This document shows positions 16,107 through 23,991 of a stretch of DNA of 32,000 nucleotides, one piece after another. This DNA comes from Pyrobaculum aerophilum str. IM2 (lineage in GTDB: Archaea > Thermoproteota > Thermoprotei > Thermoproteales > Thermoproteaceae): the NCBI RefSeq assembly GCF_000007225.1, contig NC_003364.1:840001-872000 (forward strand), in the 5' to 3' direction. The notes beneath the pieces are model-generated. The model made no database searches and was not told the origin of the DNA. It saw nothing but the letters and a program-made list of their open reading frames with translations. The first letter of the stretch is position 1, and every line of letters starts with the position of its first letter. A program made the position numbers and the translations under genes.

Positions 16107-17246
16107 TTAAGAGGCGGCGCCTTCAAAGGGCTGGCCCACGCCGACAGTATTGCCCACGCCTATTACTAACACAGACTCGCCTGGGGCCACGTTGTTTAAT
16201 ATAAAGTCAAGAACTCTTTTTGTGGTCTGGCCCACTGCGTTGTATATATCGCTGGTCATTGTGGTCAAGGCCTCTGACTGTCTCATTTTAATTAAGAAGG
16301 CGTAGAGCGGCACTCCGTATTTCGTGGCGTACGACTCAATGTTGAATTTCTCTACGCCAACGCCGCCCATTGCCACGCCTATGCCCTCGGCAATTTCCCC
16401 CGTCCTCTCTCCCTCCAGCCTCAAAGCCGCGTCTATAGTCACTATGTATTTAGGCCTGGCGTCTAGCCTCTGGAAGACGTACTCAACAGCCTCGTCCAGC
16501 CTTCCAACAGTGCTTCCAGACCCCTTGGCTTTTATTACGTACAGCTTTCTCCCCTGGTATTCGCACTCGGCCACAACGGTGTCCTTCACGTCGTGGTGAT
16601 ACACAACGCCGCCACACTGGCTTAAGACGTTGTACGCCACCAGGGGGCCTGCGCTGTCCCCAATGGGAACGCCTTTTATGAAAGAGTTAACCGCCTCGTT
16701 GACTGTGTCAGTCAGCTCTTTTAAAAGAGGCAGTAACATCGTGAGCTGTATCACCAAGTAAAAGGCCTTATACTTCCTCGCAGTCTTGTAATAGTGGTCG
16801 ACTATTTTGTATATGAAGTTCATGTACCTAAGCGCCTCCACCGCCGTGGTTAAGTTCTTTACTAACACCCCGTCTTCAACAAGCCTCCGTATCTCGCCCT
16901 CGTAAGTATCCACGTAGGTGTTAAGAATATGTTTAAACTTAGGAACTATTCCGTTGGGGTCAAGCGCCGTCGGCTCTATCACTGCGAAATCCACCATTTT
17001 CTTAAGAGTGGATTCGAGCTCAGCCCTCTGCACCTCCTTTCTTTTTACCTTGTCCAAGGCATTTAATACATTAGCCGAGGCGGCGTTTAACAGCTGTCCC
17101 AAGTATGATAAAAAGCCGCTTACCTGGCTGAGATATCTCCACATTTGCAAGTCTTGTAACATGAATATCAGCGCAAACCAAATTAGCATTGATATTATAA
17201 ACCACATCGGGTCGTACCCTGTTGCTTGGGCAAACATTGACGTCAA
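16107..17246 (-). CDS. conserved archaeal membrane-anchored protein, probably DUF1512 family
   Basis: 379 aa with an N-terminal TM helix (MWFIISMLIWFALIFML), a helical middle and a C-terminal alpha/beta domain (IGDSAGP...VIKAKGSGSTVGR...). Length and architecture match my recollection of DUF1512. This is unverified. Confidence 0.5.
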   Translation of the reverse strand: MTSMFAQATGYDPMWFIISMLIWFALIFMLQDLQMWRYLSQVSGFLSYLGQLLNAASANVLNALDKVKRKEVQRAELESTLKKMVDFAVIEPTALDPNGIVPKFKHILNTYVDTYEGEIRRLVEDGVLVKNLTTAVEALRYMNFIYKIVDHYYKTARKYKAFYLVIQLTMLLPLLKELTDTVNEAVNSFIKGVPIGDSAGPLVAYNVLSQCGGVVYHHDVKDTVVAECEYQGRKLYVIKAKGSGSTVGRLDEAVEYVFQRLDARPKYIVTIDAALRLEGERTGEIAEGIGVAMGGVGVEKFNIESYATKYGVPLYAFLIKMRQSEALTTMTSDIYNAVGQTTKRVLDFILNNVAPGESVLVIGVGNTVGVGQPFEGAAS

Positions 17247-17346
17247 TGCGTTAAAGACATATAAAAATTATTCAGCGATCGAGGACGTTATCACCGCTCA
17301 GTCGAATCCCATCATCACGAGATCTCAACGGCACTGTTTTAAAAAC

Positions 17347-18846
17347 TTAGACTTCCACCACGTCGCGGTCCCGCCCTCCTTCTCTAACCCCCTCTTTCCT
17401 CCGCATGCCGAAGGCAACAGCCCCTCCCACTGCTGTAGCGGCTATTAACACTTTGAAAAAGCTCTCCCGAGTCAAAGTGGGTAGTTTGGCAACGGGTTGT
17501 AAATTCACGAGGTATTTTACGCCGTTTATCTCCACGGCGACAGAATCGCTTAGAGGCAACAGCCTCACCACCCCGTTGCTACCCCTGAATTTCAACCCCC
17601 CTACGTATACTGTAAAACTCTCTATAGGCGTTCCCAACACGTCCACCACTCTCATCTCCTTGAACAGAGAGGAGGCGTTTACGGCTATTTTAGGAGCCGC
17701 CTTTGTTGTGTAATCCGCAACGTGCGTCCCGTTGTAGTAAAGCCTAATAGTGACGTTGCCGCCTAGCTTAACCACCTCGGGTTCGACAGTGGCGTTGAAG
17801 CCGGCAACGTCTAGAGATATGCTCGGCTTAACTAGATCTGTAAAAGCCACTACCTCACCGTTCTTGACCTCAGCCGGATATCTGTACATGACGTCTCCGA
17901 CTTTTACATAGACATTGTAGCTAATGCCCTCCACAATACACATAGCCACGGGGGAGCCATCCGCCGTAGTTACGGCGTATACGGGGAGATCGCTACCGTC
18001 AATAGTCTTGGCGGAGGCGCCTTTAAATCTCCACGTCTTCAAGCCGTTGGGAATGTAGTAAAAACTCAGGGAGTACTCCTCCCCCGTTTCGAGCTTTACG
18101 TAAACTTGGAGGGGCCTCTCCAGGGGGTTAGTAACCCACGCCGAGCCGTTGCACTCCCCGCTGACGGGTATGGAGATTTGCTCCACAACAACCCGGGGCT
18201 TTCCCACGGCGGCGGTTTGGTTGGGGGAGAACCAGAGAGTGAAGTCGGGAACCCACGGCTTTATGCCCTCTACTCTAACCCCTGCCGTCGGCACCACCAC
18301 GTAGAAATCGGGGCTTTTATCGCCTATATTGATGTATGTAATATTGGCAATGCCATATGCGTATATTTTAACGGGCCCGTAGATCACGTACTCCTCTATA
18401 TAAACCCCCAGCGCTTGCAGAGAGGAGACTTTGAAGTAAAAAGCCCCCTCTAGCTGGGGCTCTGTAAAAGATTTTACTCTAACTATTGCCGTGCTGTTGA
18501 CTTCCAGCGGCACGCCTTGGTAGATATACACGCTGTCCTCCCCCTTTACTGAAACGGGAATTGCAGGGGGGAGGGCCCTCCACTTGTCAATTCTTATTGT
18601 GACAAAATCGCCGCAAACTCGCCCTTTTACATATTTAGGCGTGGGGTACGGCTCAAAAACTGGTTGCGATAAAGCGCCGCTATAAGACACCACGCTCACA
18701 GAGGCTATCCCCCAGGGGGATATGGGATCAACATATGCCGAGAAGGCGGCGCATCCCCCCAGAGGCGCTGTGTAGACAAACGGAACAGCTCCGATGGGAA
18801 TAGACAGGACAGTGGCGTTAATTAGCAGTACTAAAAAGCCCAACAT
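17347..18846 (-). CDS. secreted, C-terminally membrane-anchored surface (glyco)protein
   Basis: It has an N-terminal signal-like segment (MLGFLVLLINATVLSIPIG) and a beta-rich body with many NxS/T sequons (NST, NIT, NQT, NGS, NAT, NVT, NGT, NAS). The C-terminus is a TM helix plus a basic tail (LIAATAVGGAVAFGMRRKEG...). Confidence 0.65.
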   Translation of the reverse strand: MLGFLVLLINATVLSIPIGAVPFVYTAPLGGCAAFSAYVDPISPWGIASVSVVSYSGALSQPVFEPYPTPKYVKGRVCGDFVTIRIDKWRALPPAIPVSVKGEDSVYIYQGVPLEVNSTAIVRVKSFTEPQLEGAFYFKVSSLQALGVYIEEYVIYGPVKIYAYGIANITYINIGDKSPDFYVVVPTAGVRVEGIKPWVPDFTLWFSPNQTAAVGKPRVVVEQISIPVSGECNGSAWVTNPLERPLQVYVKLETGEEYSLSFYYIPNGLKTWRFKGASAKTIDGSDLPVYAVTTADGSPVAMCIVEGISYNVYVKVGDVMYRYPAEVKNGEVVAFTDLVKPSISLDVAGFNATVEPEVVKLGGNVTIRLYYNGTHVADYTTKAAPKIAVNASSLFKEMRVVDVLGTPIESFTVYVGGLKFRGSNGVVRLLPLSDSVAVEINGVKYLVNLQPVAKLPTLTRESFFKVLIAATAVGGAVAFGMRRKEGVREGGRDRDVVEV

Positions 18847-18907
18847 GTAACAACGCCGGCGCTGAGTTAAATAGCTAACTCTTAAATAGGTCCCATATGT
18901 TTACGCC

Positions 18908-19204
18908 GTGAAGTGGTCGCTCTATGCCGTTTTATACCTAATAGGCGTCTTGACCCTGGGACTCCTCCTAATGGGGTTTGAGCAGACGGTCAGCGCAGCC
19001 TTAGATTTAGTTTTTCTCATAATTGCGATAGTATTGTTCAGACTGGCGCTACAAGACGTGTCAGCCGCGCTGGACATAGCGTCAGAAGACAGAGAGCGGT
19101 GGGAGCTGAGGGCAATACAGATCATACTAGTGGCCACTTTTATAATAGCCGCATCGGTGCTGACTTACGGGTTTTTACGATCGTTGTTCCCCTTTATACC
19201 CTAG
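18908..19204 (+). CDS. small membrane protein (3 TM)
   Basis: 98 aa with a GTG start and three hydrophobic helices. Its TAG shares the tetranucleotide CTAG (19201-19204) with the stop of the convergent coiled-coil gene. Confidence 0.45.
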   Translation: MKWSLYAVLYLIGVLTLGLLLMGFEQTVSAALDLVFLIIAIVLFRLALQDVSAALDIASEDRERWELRAIQIILVATFIIAASVLTYGFLRSLFPFIP

Positions 19205-20418
19205 CCCCCTTGTTTTTTCTGACACTCCTCTAACTGGGCCTTTAGTTGAGACAGCATGGCTTCTCTTAACAATAGGCTTCTGTAAAAAGCCAGCGTCTCT
19301 CTCTCTTGTTCTAACAAGCGCCTCTCCCATTCGTTAAGCCGCTGTTCCTCTTCCACTAGCCTCTTGGCGAATCGACCCAGGTTGTCCAGCAATTCCACTT
19401 CCTTCGCCCTAACAGCCTCCTCCAGCTTTCTGAGCTCCTCTTGTTTCTTCGCCACTGCGTCTTCAAACATCTTATACTTATTAACGAGCTCCTCAAGTTC
19501 CTGCCTCTTTTTCTCCAAGGCGCTTTGAACCTCCGCGAGCTCTTTCTCTTTTCTGGCAAGCTCGGCTAGTTTTTTCTCGATCTCAGCCGCCTGCGCCAGC
19601 AGCGATTTGGCGCGCTCTTCCTGTTCTGCAATCTGCCTCTGTTTAACTGCCAGCTCTTGCTCCATCTTCTTGAGATCAAACTCCTTTTTCATCAACTCCT
19701 CCCTGAGCTGCCTCAACTGCGCATCTCTCTGCTCCAGCTCTTGCAGGCGCGATGTTAACAGCGCGAGGGCCTTCCTGGCCTCCTCCAAAGAGCTCTTAGT
19801 TGGGTCTGACAACTCCGCAATTTTCCTCACGTTTTCTAACATGAGGGCCAGCTCCCCCTCCCTCTTCCTCAACGCCTCCTCTCTAGTCCTCAACTCGGCC
19901 TCTTTATAGGCAAGTTGCCGTATTTTTGCCTCGTATTCTTGCATCTTGGCGTTGAAGTCTTTCATTAACTCGAGCATCGCCGAGGCCACATTTCTTATCT
20001 GATCGCCCTGGGCCTTAATGGCGTTCAGCTGTTCCGCGAGGCCCTCTACTCTGCTGGCCACGGAGTCCAGCTTCTCCGCCACTGTGATAAACTGATTAGT
20101 AGCGTCTACAACCGCCTTGGCTGAGGCAGACAGCCTCTCAGCGACGGCGGAGAGCTCCGCCAGTTTATCAGCGGATGCGTTCAACTGGCCCACAACACGG
20201 TTTAGCTGAGTAGTGGCGTCAACTAAATCCTTGGAGACCCTGCTCAGCAGAGCCCCCAAGCCCTCAACGGATTTTTTCAAATCTAGGGAATTCGCCTTGA
20301 CCTCAGCCACCACTTCATTTCTCACCTGCTCCAGGCGTGTAGAAAGCGAAGTGACGTCAGCGGAAATTTTAGCTAATACCTCGTCCATCTTCTTCGAAGC
20401 GTCTTCGCGCCTAAACAC
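19201..20418 (-). CDS. long coiled-coil protein (405 aa) with no recognisable catalytic domain
   Basis: The N-terminal half is an A/S/V/L-rich heptad repeat (DATTQLNRVVGQLNASADKLAELSAVAERLSASAKAVVDATNQF...). The C-terminal half is E/K/R/L/Q-rich (ELEQRDAQLRQLREELMKKEFDLKKMEQELAVKQRQIAEQEERAK...). Confidence 0.7.
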   Translation of the reverse strand: MFRREDASKKMDEVLAKISADVTSLSTRLEQVRNEVVAEVKANSLDLKKSVEGLGALLSRVSKDLVDATTQLNRVVGQLNASADKLAELSAVAERLSASAKAVVDATNQFITVAEKLDSVASRVEGLAEQLNAIKAQGDQIRNVASAMLELMKDFNAKMQEYEAKIRQLAYKEAELRTREEALRKREGELALMLENVRKIAELSDPTKSSLEEARKALALLTSRLQELEQRDAQLRQLREELMKKEFDLKKMEQELAVKQRQIAEQEERAKSLLAQAAEIEKKLAELARKEKELAEVQSALEKKRQELEELVNKYKMFEDAVAKKQEELRKLEEAVRAKEVELLDNLGRFAKRLVEEEQRLNEWERRLLEQERETLAFYRSLLLREAMLSQLKAQLEECQKKQGG

Positions 20419-20453
20419 AGTGATTAATATACTCCAGTATAAATTTGCTACGC

Positions 20454-20786
20454 CTACTTACCCCTGCCCAACGCCTCTTGCAACGCGAGAAGCCTCTCTA
20501 ACAGCGCCATGCAGATCTCATCTCTCTTGCCCCTCTCCTCTATGATTAGCGACCTAATGGCGCTGGCGTTTTCCACAACAGCCAACGCCGCCGAGTTGAG
20601 CCTCTCCACCGCCTCCCTAACTGCGTTTATAATAACATCCGCGTTAGCGGGCTGTTGGGGCGCTTGGGATACTTTCTTTGAGAGATCCGCCACCTCCCTC
20701 TGTAATTTCGCCACCTCCTTTCTCAATTCTCTGATCTCCGCCAGAATTTCCACGACGTATTCGGGATAGGCGAATTCGTCAGCCAT
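20454..20786 (-). CDS. small coiled-coil protein (110 aa)
   Basis: The sequence has a helical heptad character (ILAEIRELRKEVAKLQREVADLSKKV...). It lies immediately upstream of the 405-aa coiled-coil gene on the same strand, with a 35-nt gap. Confidence 0.6.
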   Translation of the reverse strand: MADEFAYPEYVVEILAEIRELRKEVAKLQREVADLSKKVSQAPQQPANADVIINAVREAVERLNSAALAVVENASAIRSLIIEERGKRDEICMALLERLLALQEALGRGK

Positions 20787-20906
20787 GTAACTAACCGCAA
20801 TTCATAATTTATAAGTTACTCCTATAAAAGCGCCATCCTCTCACCCCCACGGCGCGCCGAATTTCCTCGGTAAGCCTCTGGGAGGGGCACTTTTACGCAC
20901 GTCGCC

Positions 20907-21165
20907 TTAACTGTCGCCGCACCTGTGGATCACTTTAATACAGTCGTCTACTAGCTTTATCTCCGGCTTTAGGTAGACGCCGTCGGGCGTATCGAATACG
21001 TAAAACGCAATTTTGTCGCCCACTTTGCAAATTGCTCTCAAGTCGGCCACGAAACACAATATCGGCTTACCCCGCCACTCCCACCAAAAGGCGCGCCTGA
21101 GGGAGTACTCGCCGATTAGCAGTTCGGCGTACCTCTCCCTACTCCGCTATTATTACCTTAGCCAT
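20907..21165 (-). pseudogene. small gene disrupted by a frameshift after codon 8
   Basis: The ATG at 21165 gives MAKVIIAE and then a TAG (21139-21141). The adjacent frame is open from 21146 and reads ...ERYAELLIGEYSLRRAFWWEWRGKPILCFVADLRAICKVGDKIAFYVFDTPDGVYLKPEIKLVDDCIKVIHRCGDS*, ending at the TAA at 20907-20909. Confidence 0.35.
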
Positions 21166-22317
21166 TTCGCACATGCCGTGGTGAGGCCCTAGCCGCCTTG
21201 CCCTCCTAGCCCGGCGGGATGGGCCACTTAAACCACTTGCGATACCACTCTTTCAACGCGGCCAGGCTCTTGATTTCCATACTACGCATTCCTCTACCAT
21301 TTCCCTCCCTCCGCTTGTACACGGCTAGACGCCCGCCTACGCCTCATAGGGCTATCTGTTACATATCCCCCCTCGCCGCGGCCACTGCGCTGGCCCGTCT
21401 GGGTTTTATGAACGCCGGGCTGACTGCGTAGTCCGCGAGGAGGCGCCGAAAAGCACACTGCAGTGCGTAATCACGGAGGCCCCTTCGGCGAAAACAACCG
21501 CGTTGCCCACGGCCAAATCCACTGCAAATACGCCACTGCGTCTTCAACGGCCATTTTCAACTCCCACGTCCTCAAGTCGGGCTATCCCTACACCTCTCCG
21601 CCACGTACTTCGCCATTGCCAGCGCCTTTGCCACCGCATAAGCCGCAGTTCTGATGTCCACTGGCTTTGGCAACAGGTGTGAGACAGCGCAAGATTCATA
21701 AAACTCGCATTTGCCCTCGGCAGTCCACCTAACGGCAACTGGCGGAAGGCTGTCCTCAAAAGAGGGCATTCCACCAAGAGGCCCAAGGCCCTTGGAAGAC
21801 GGCGCCCCGGAGGTATGAGGCGATAAGATGCGGCGTCTCTCCCGCGAGATCCCCGGCGGGCCTGCCGGAGGTCTTCTCTAAATACTCGCAAATTTCCCCC
21901 AGCCCTCGGCGTACAACATCTAGCTCTCTGTAGTGGAGGAGGGCGGGAGCCCCGGCCAAAAGACGGGAGACGCAGAACGGGCGGGGGTGTGATTTATCAG
22001 TAACGTTTAAGCTAATGCAAAAACGTAACGCTGATAGTATAGCTTCCCGCGAAAGCAGATTGAGGCAAGTAAAACTCGCAGTTATGCTCACAACGTTGTC
22101 CAGAGGACGGCGGTGGAGGACAGCGGGGCGTACAGAACAAGCCCCATCACAAGTCTCCCAGTCCACACGCCGCCACGTTGAGCAAGCGGTGTCTGTAGCG
22201 AAGGGGGCGGTAGGGTCAGAGAGGCGCCAGATGCAACGCTTATGGACAAGCCGCGACGTATAGGGTTTTTGAAGCGGCCAGTTGTAAATTTTTATTACGC
22301 CTTCTTAATATGTTTTT

Positions 22318-22809
22318 ATGGAGAAGCACGTGGAGAGAGAGGCGGTTATAAGAGATACTCTCCACGACTTTTCAATAGAATACGTAAAGGCTTTGGCCGA
22401 GGTGTTCGGGTGGAGAGTAGTCACGGCGCCTGCCAACGCGCCGGGGCCAGACGTGGTTATTGAACACGCCGTTGGGGAGAAAGCCGTTATGTTTATTGAG
22501 TCAGAAGTGGGCCACGACACGGGGAGCTCCCAGAAGTACTTCAAAAAGCTGTCTGAAAGGCTTAGGCCTTTAGTCGAGGAGTATAGGGCAAGGGGCGTGG
22601 GCTACTTTGCCCTAGTGATAATCGCGAACGCCCCCAGGAGGCTGACAAAATACCTCAGAGAGAATAGAAAAGAACTTGAAGAGGCGTTGGGCTTTAAATT
22701 GGAAGAGGGAATTACTGCCTTTGTAATACCCGTCTTGTTAGTAAAAGAAGTACTGCCGGCGGTATTTGTAAGAGCGCTTGGAGTAGCGGCTAGGCTTGCG
22801 CCGGGGTAG
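22318..22809 (+). CDS. PD-(D/E)xK-like (restriction-endonuclease-fold) protein, stand-alone
   Basis: 163 aa. The motif order E-V-x-G-W ... GPDVVIE ... AVMFIESEVGHD parallels the C-terminal domain of the next gene (EVGRW ... RVDAAF ... FAVVEVHVGGD). An AAATTTTTATTA box lies about 26 nt upstream of the ATG. Confidence 0.5.
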   Translation: MEKHVEREAVIRDTLHDFSIEYVKALAEVFGWRVVTAPANAPGPDVVIEHAVGEKAVMFIESEVGHDTGSSQKYFKKLSERLRPLVEEYRARGVGYFALVIIANAPRRLTKYLRENRKELEEALGFKLEEGITAFVIPVLLVKEVLPAVFVRALGVAARLAPG

Positions 22810-22810
22810 C

Positions 22811-22862
22811 CTTTTTGTCAAACGCCGCAAATAGGCCCGCGCCCGCCTCTTTTCTAGAGGCG
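22811..22862 (+). terminator. possible terminator: a T5 tract followed by a 7-bp hairpin
   Basis: A TTTTT run starts 2-3 nt after the stop codon. CGCCTCT-tttct-AGAGGCG at 22844-22862 forms a perfect 7-bp stem containing T4. Confidence 0.3.
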
Positions 22863-22927
22863 TCTCCGGTTATTACAGCGCCGATGGGCTGTGCGTAAAG
22901 CTAATATTCACCTAGCCGTACATTTAC

Positions 22928-23806
22928 ATGCCGGAGTACTGGCTCACCATGTTAGACGAGGAGAACTTCAAGTACACGGTGGAGAGGGGCATTTACGGCC
23001 TGCCCGAGAGCGCCAGCGGATTGGCCCAGTTGATAAAGCCCGGCCATAGGCTGGTGGCCTACGTAATGAAAAAGGGGTGTAGAGAGCTGTGCCAGTCCTT
23101 CGCCGCAGTGCTTGAGATCGCTGGCGAGTGGCGCAAATAGACAAAGCCCATCTGGCCAGACGAGAGGGAAAAGGGCATAGTCCTATACCCTTGGGTAGTC
23201 GACGTGAGAGTTCTGGCCAAGGGGAGAGTGGAGTTCTCCAAAGTGAAGGAGAGGCTGGAGGAGCTGTTGGGCAGAGGCCTAGACGCCAAGAGGCTTAGGC
23301 TGTACGCGCTTTACTACGCAAAACGCCCGCTGCCGCCAGGCGTCGGCGAATTTTTAGAGGAGGAGTTGCGGAAGGGGCAGGTAACTGAGGCGCGCGGGGC
23401 TGAGTTCACACACGAAGACCTCTTAACGGCTGTTGTAGAAGTTGGGCGTTGGCTGGACTTTAGAGTAGAGAGAGAGTACCACATTGACAACTTCAGAGTA
23501 GACGCCGCGTTTTTCAAGCCGCCTAGGGCCACTCCCTTCGCCGTAGTTGAAGTGCACGTCGGCGGCGATATTTATAAAGACTTGGCCGCTCTTAAACACG
23601 CCTATGACAGATACGGCTCTAAGCTGATATACGTTCTGGCGGGCGATGAGAAGGCGGTGGCCAGGCTTTTAGACGGCCAAGGCGCCTTCCACGAGATAAG
23701 AGAACACGTGGCGGTGATAAGGGCGGAGGAGCTCCTCAAATTGCGCGAGGCCCTGCGGCTGGATGGCGCCAGGAGGCTTTTAAAATGGCTCGAATTGGTA
23801 AAATAG
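22928..23806 (+). pseudogene. EVE/PUA-like domain fused to a PD-(D/E)xK-like nuclease domain, interrupted by one in-frame TAG at 23138-23140 (pseudogene or recoded CDS)
   Basis: The listed ORFs 22928..23140 and 23204..23806 share a frame, and reading through gives ...LEIAGEWRK*TKPIWPDEREKGIVLYPWVVDVRVLAKG.... The N-terminus YWLTMLDEENFKYTVERGIYGLPE...IKPGHRLVAYVMK...PIWPDE...YPWVVDV follows the EVE/PUA-like pattern. The C-terminus HEDLLTAVVEVGRWLDFRVEREYHIDNFRVDAAFF...FAVVEVHVGGDIYKDLAALKHAY is nuclease-fold-like. Confidence 0.6.
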
Positions 23807-23841
23807 CCGTTAGGCTTATGGGCCAATGACCAGTTTTACGC

Positions 23842-23991
23842 GTGAAATGCCCCTACTGCGGCTCTGAAAGCGTGGAGGCTGTGAAGAGTTGGGAAATGCC
23901 GAGGATGGGCTACCGCGTTACTCACTACCGCTGTAAAAACTGCGGCGGCCTCTTCAACCACTACGTGGGGAGGGGAAAGAGTTCGTGCTAA
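23842..23991 (+). CDS. unlisted 49-aa zinc-ribbon protein
   Basis: The GTG start gives MKCPYCGSESVEAVKSWEMPRMGYRVTHYRCKNCGGLFNHYVGRGKSSC. Its two CxxC pairs (CPYC, CKNC) are spaced like a zinc ribbon. It lies 35 nt downstream of the EVE-nuclease gene on the same strand and is below the 60-aa track cutoff. Confidence 0.5.
   Translation: MKCPYCGSESVEAVKSWEMPRMGYRVTHYRCKNCGGLFNHYVGRGKSSC

Noticed and set aside
19201-19204. Shared CTAG stop of convergent genes, and other 3'-3' overlaps (5502-5528, 27201-27206)
   Set aside because: These are ordinary consequences of genome compaction in archaea and carry no evident regulatory meaning.
19356-20769. ORFs 19356..19559(-), 19607..19909(+), 20213..20545(+) and 20509..20769(+), which overlap the coiled-coil genes
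   Set aside because: These are shadow ORFs in alternative or antisense frames of repetitive E/K/L/A-rich coiled-coil coding sequence. Their S/L/C-rich low-complexity products are typical frame artefacts.
21063-21070. CGGCTTAC, preceded by ACGAAACACAAT, resembles the RNase P RNA CR-V element; this suggested a structured RNA in the G+C-rich block
   Set aside because: I found no CR-I-like GAGGAAAGUCC element on either strand nearby. The motif also lies inside protein-like coding sequence (20907..21165), so it is too short to be meaningful alone.
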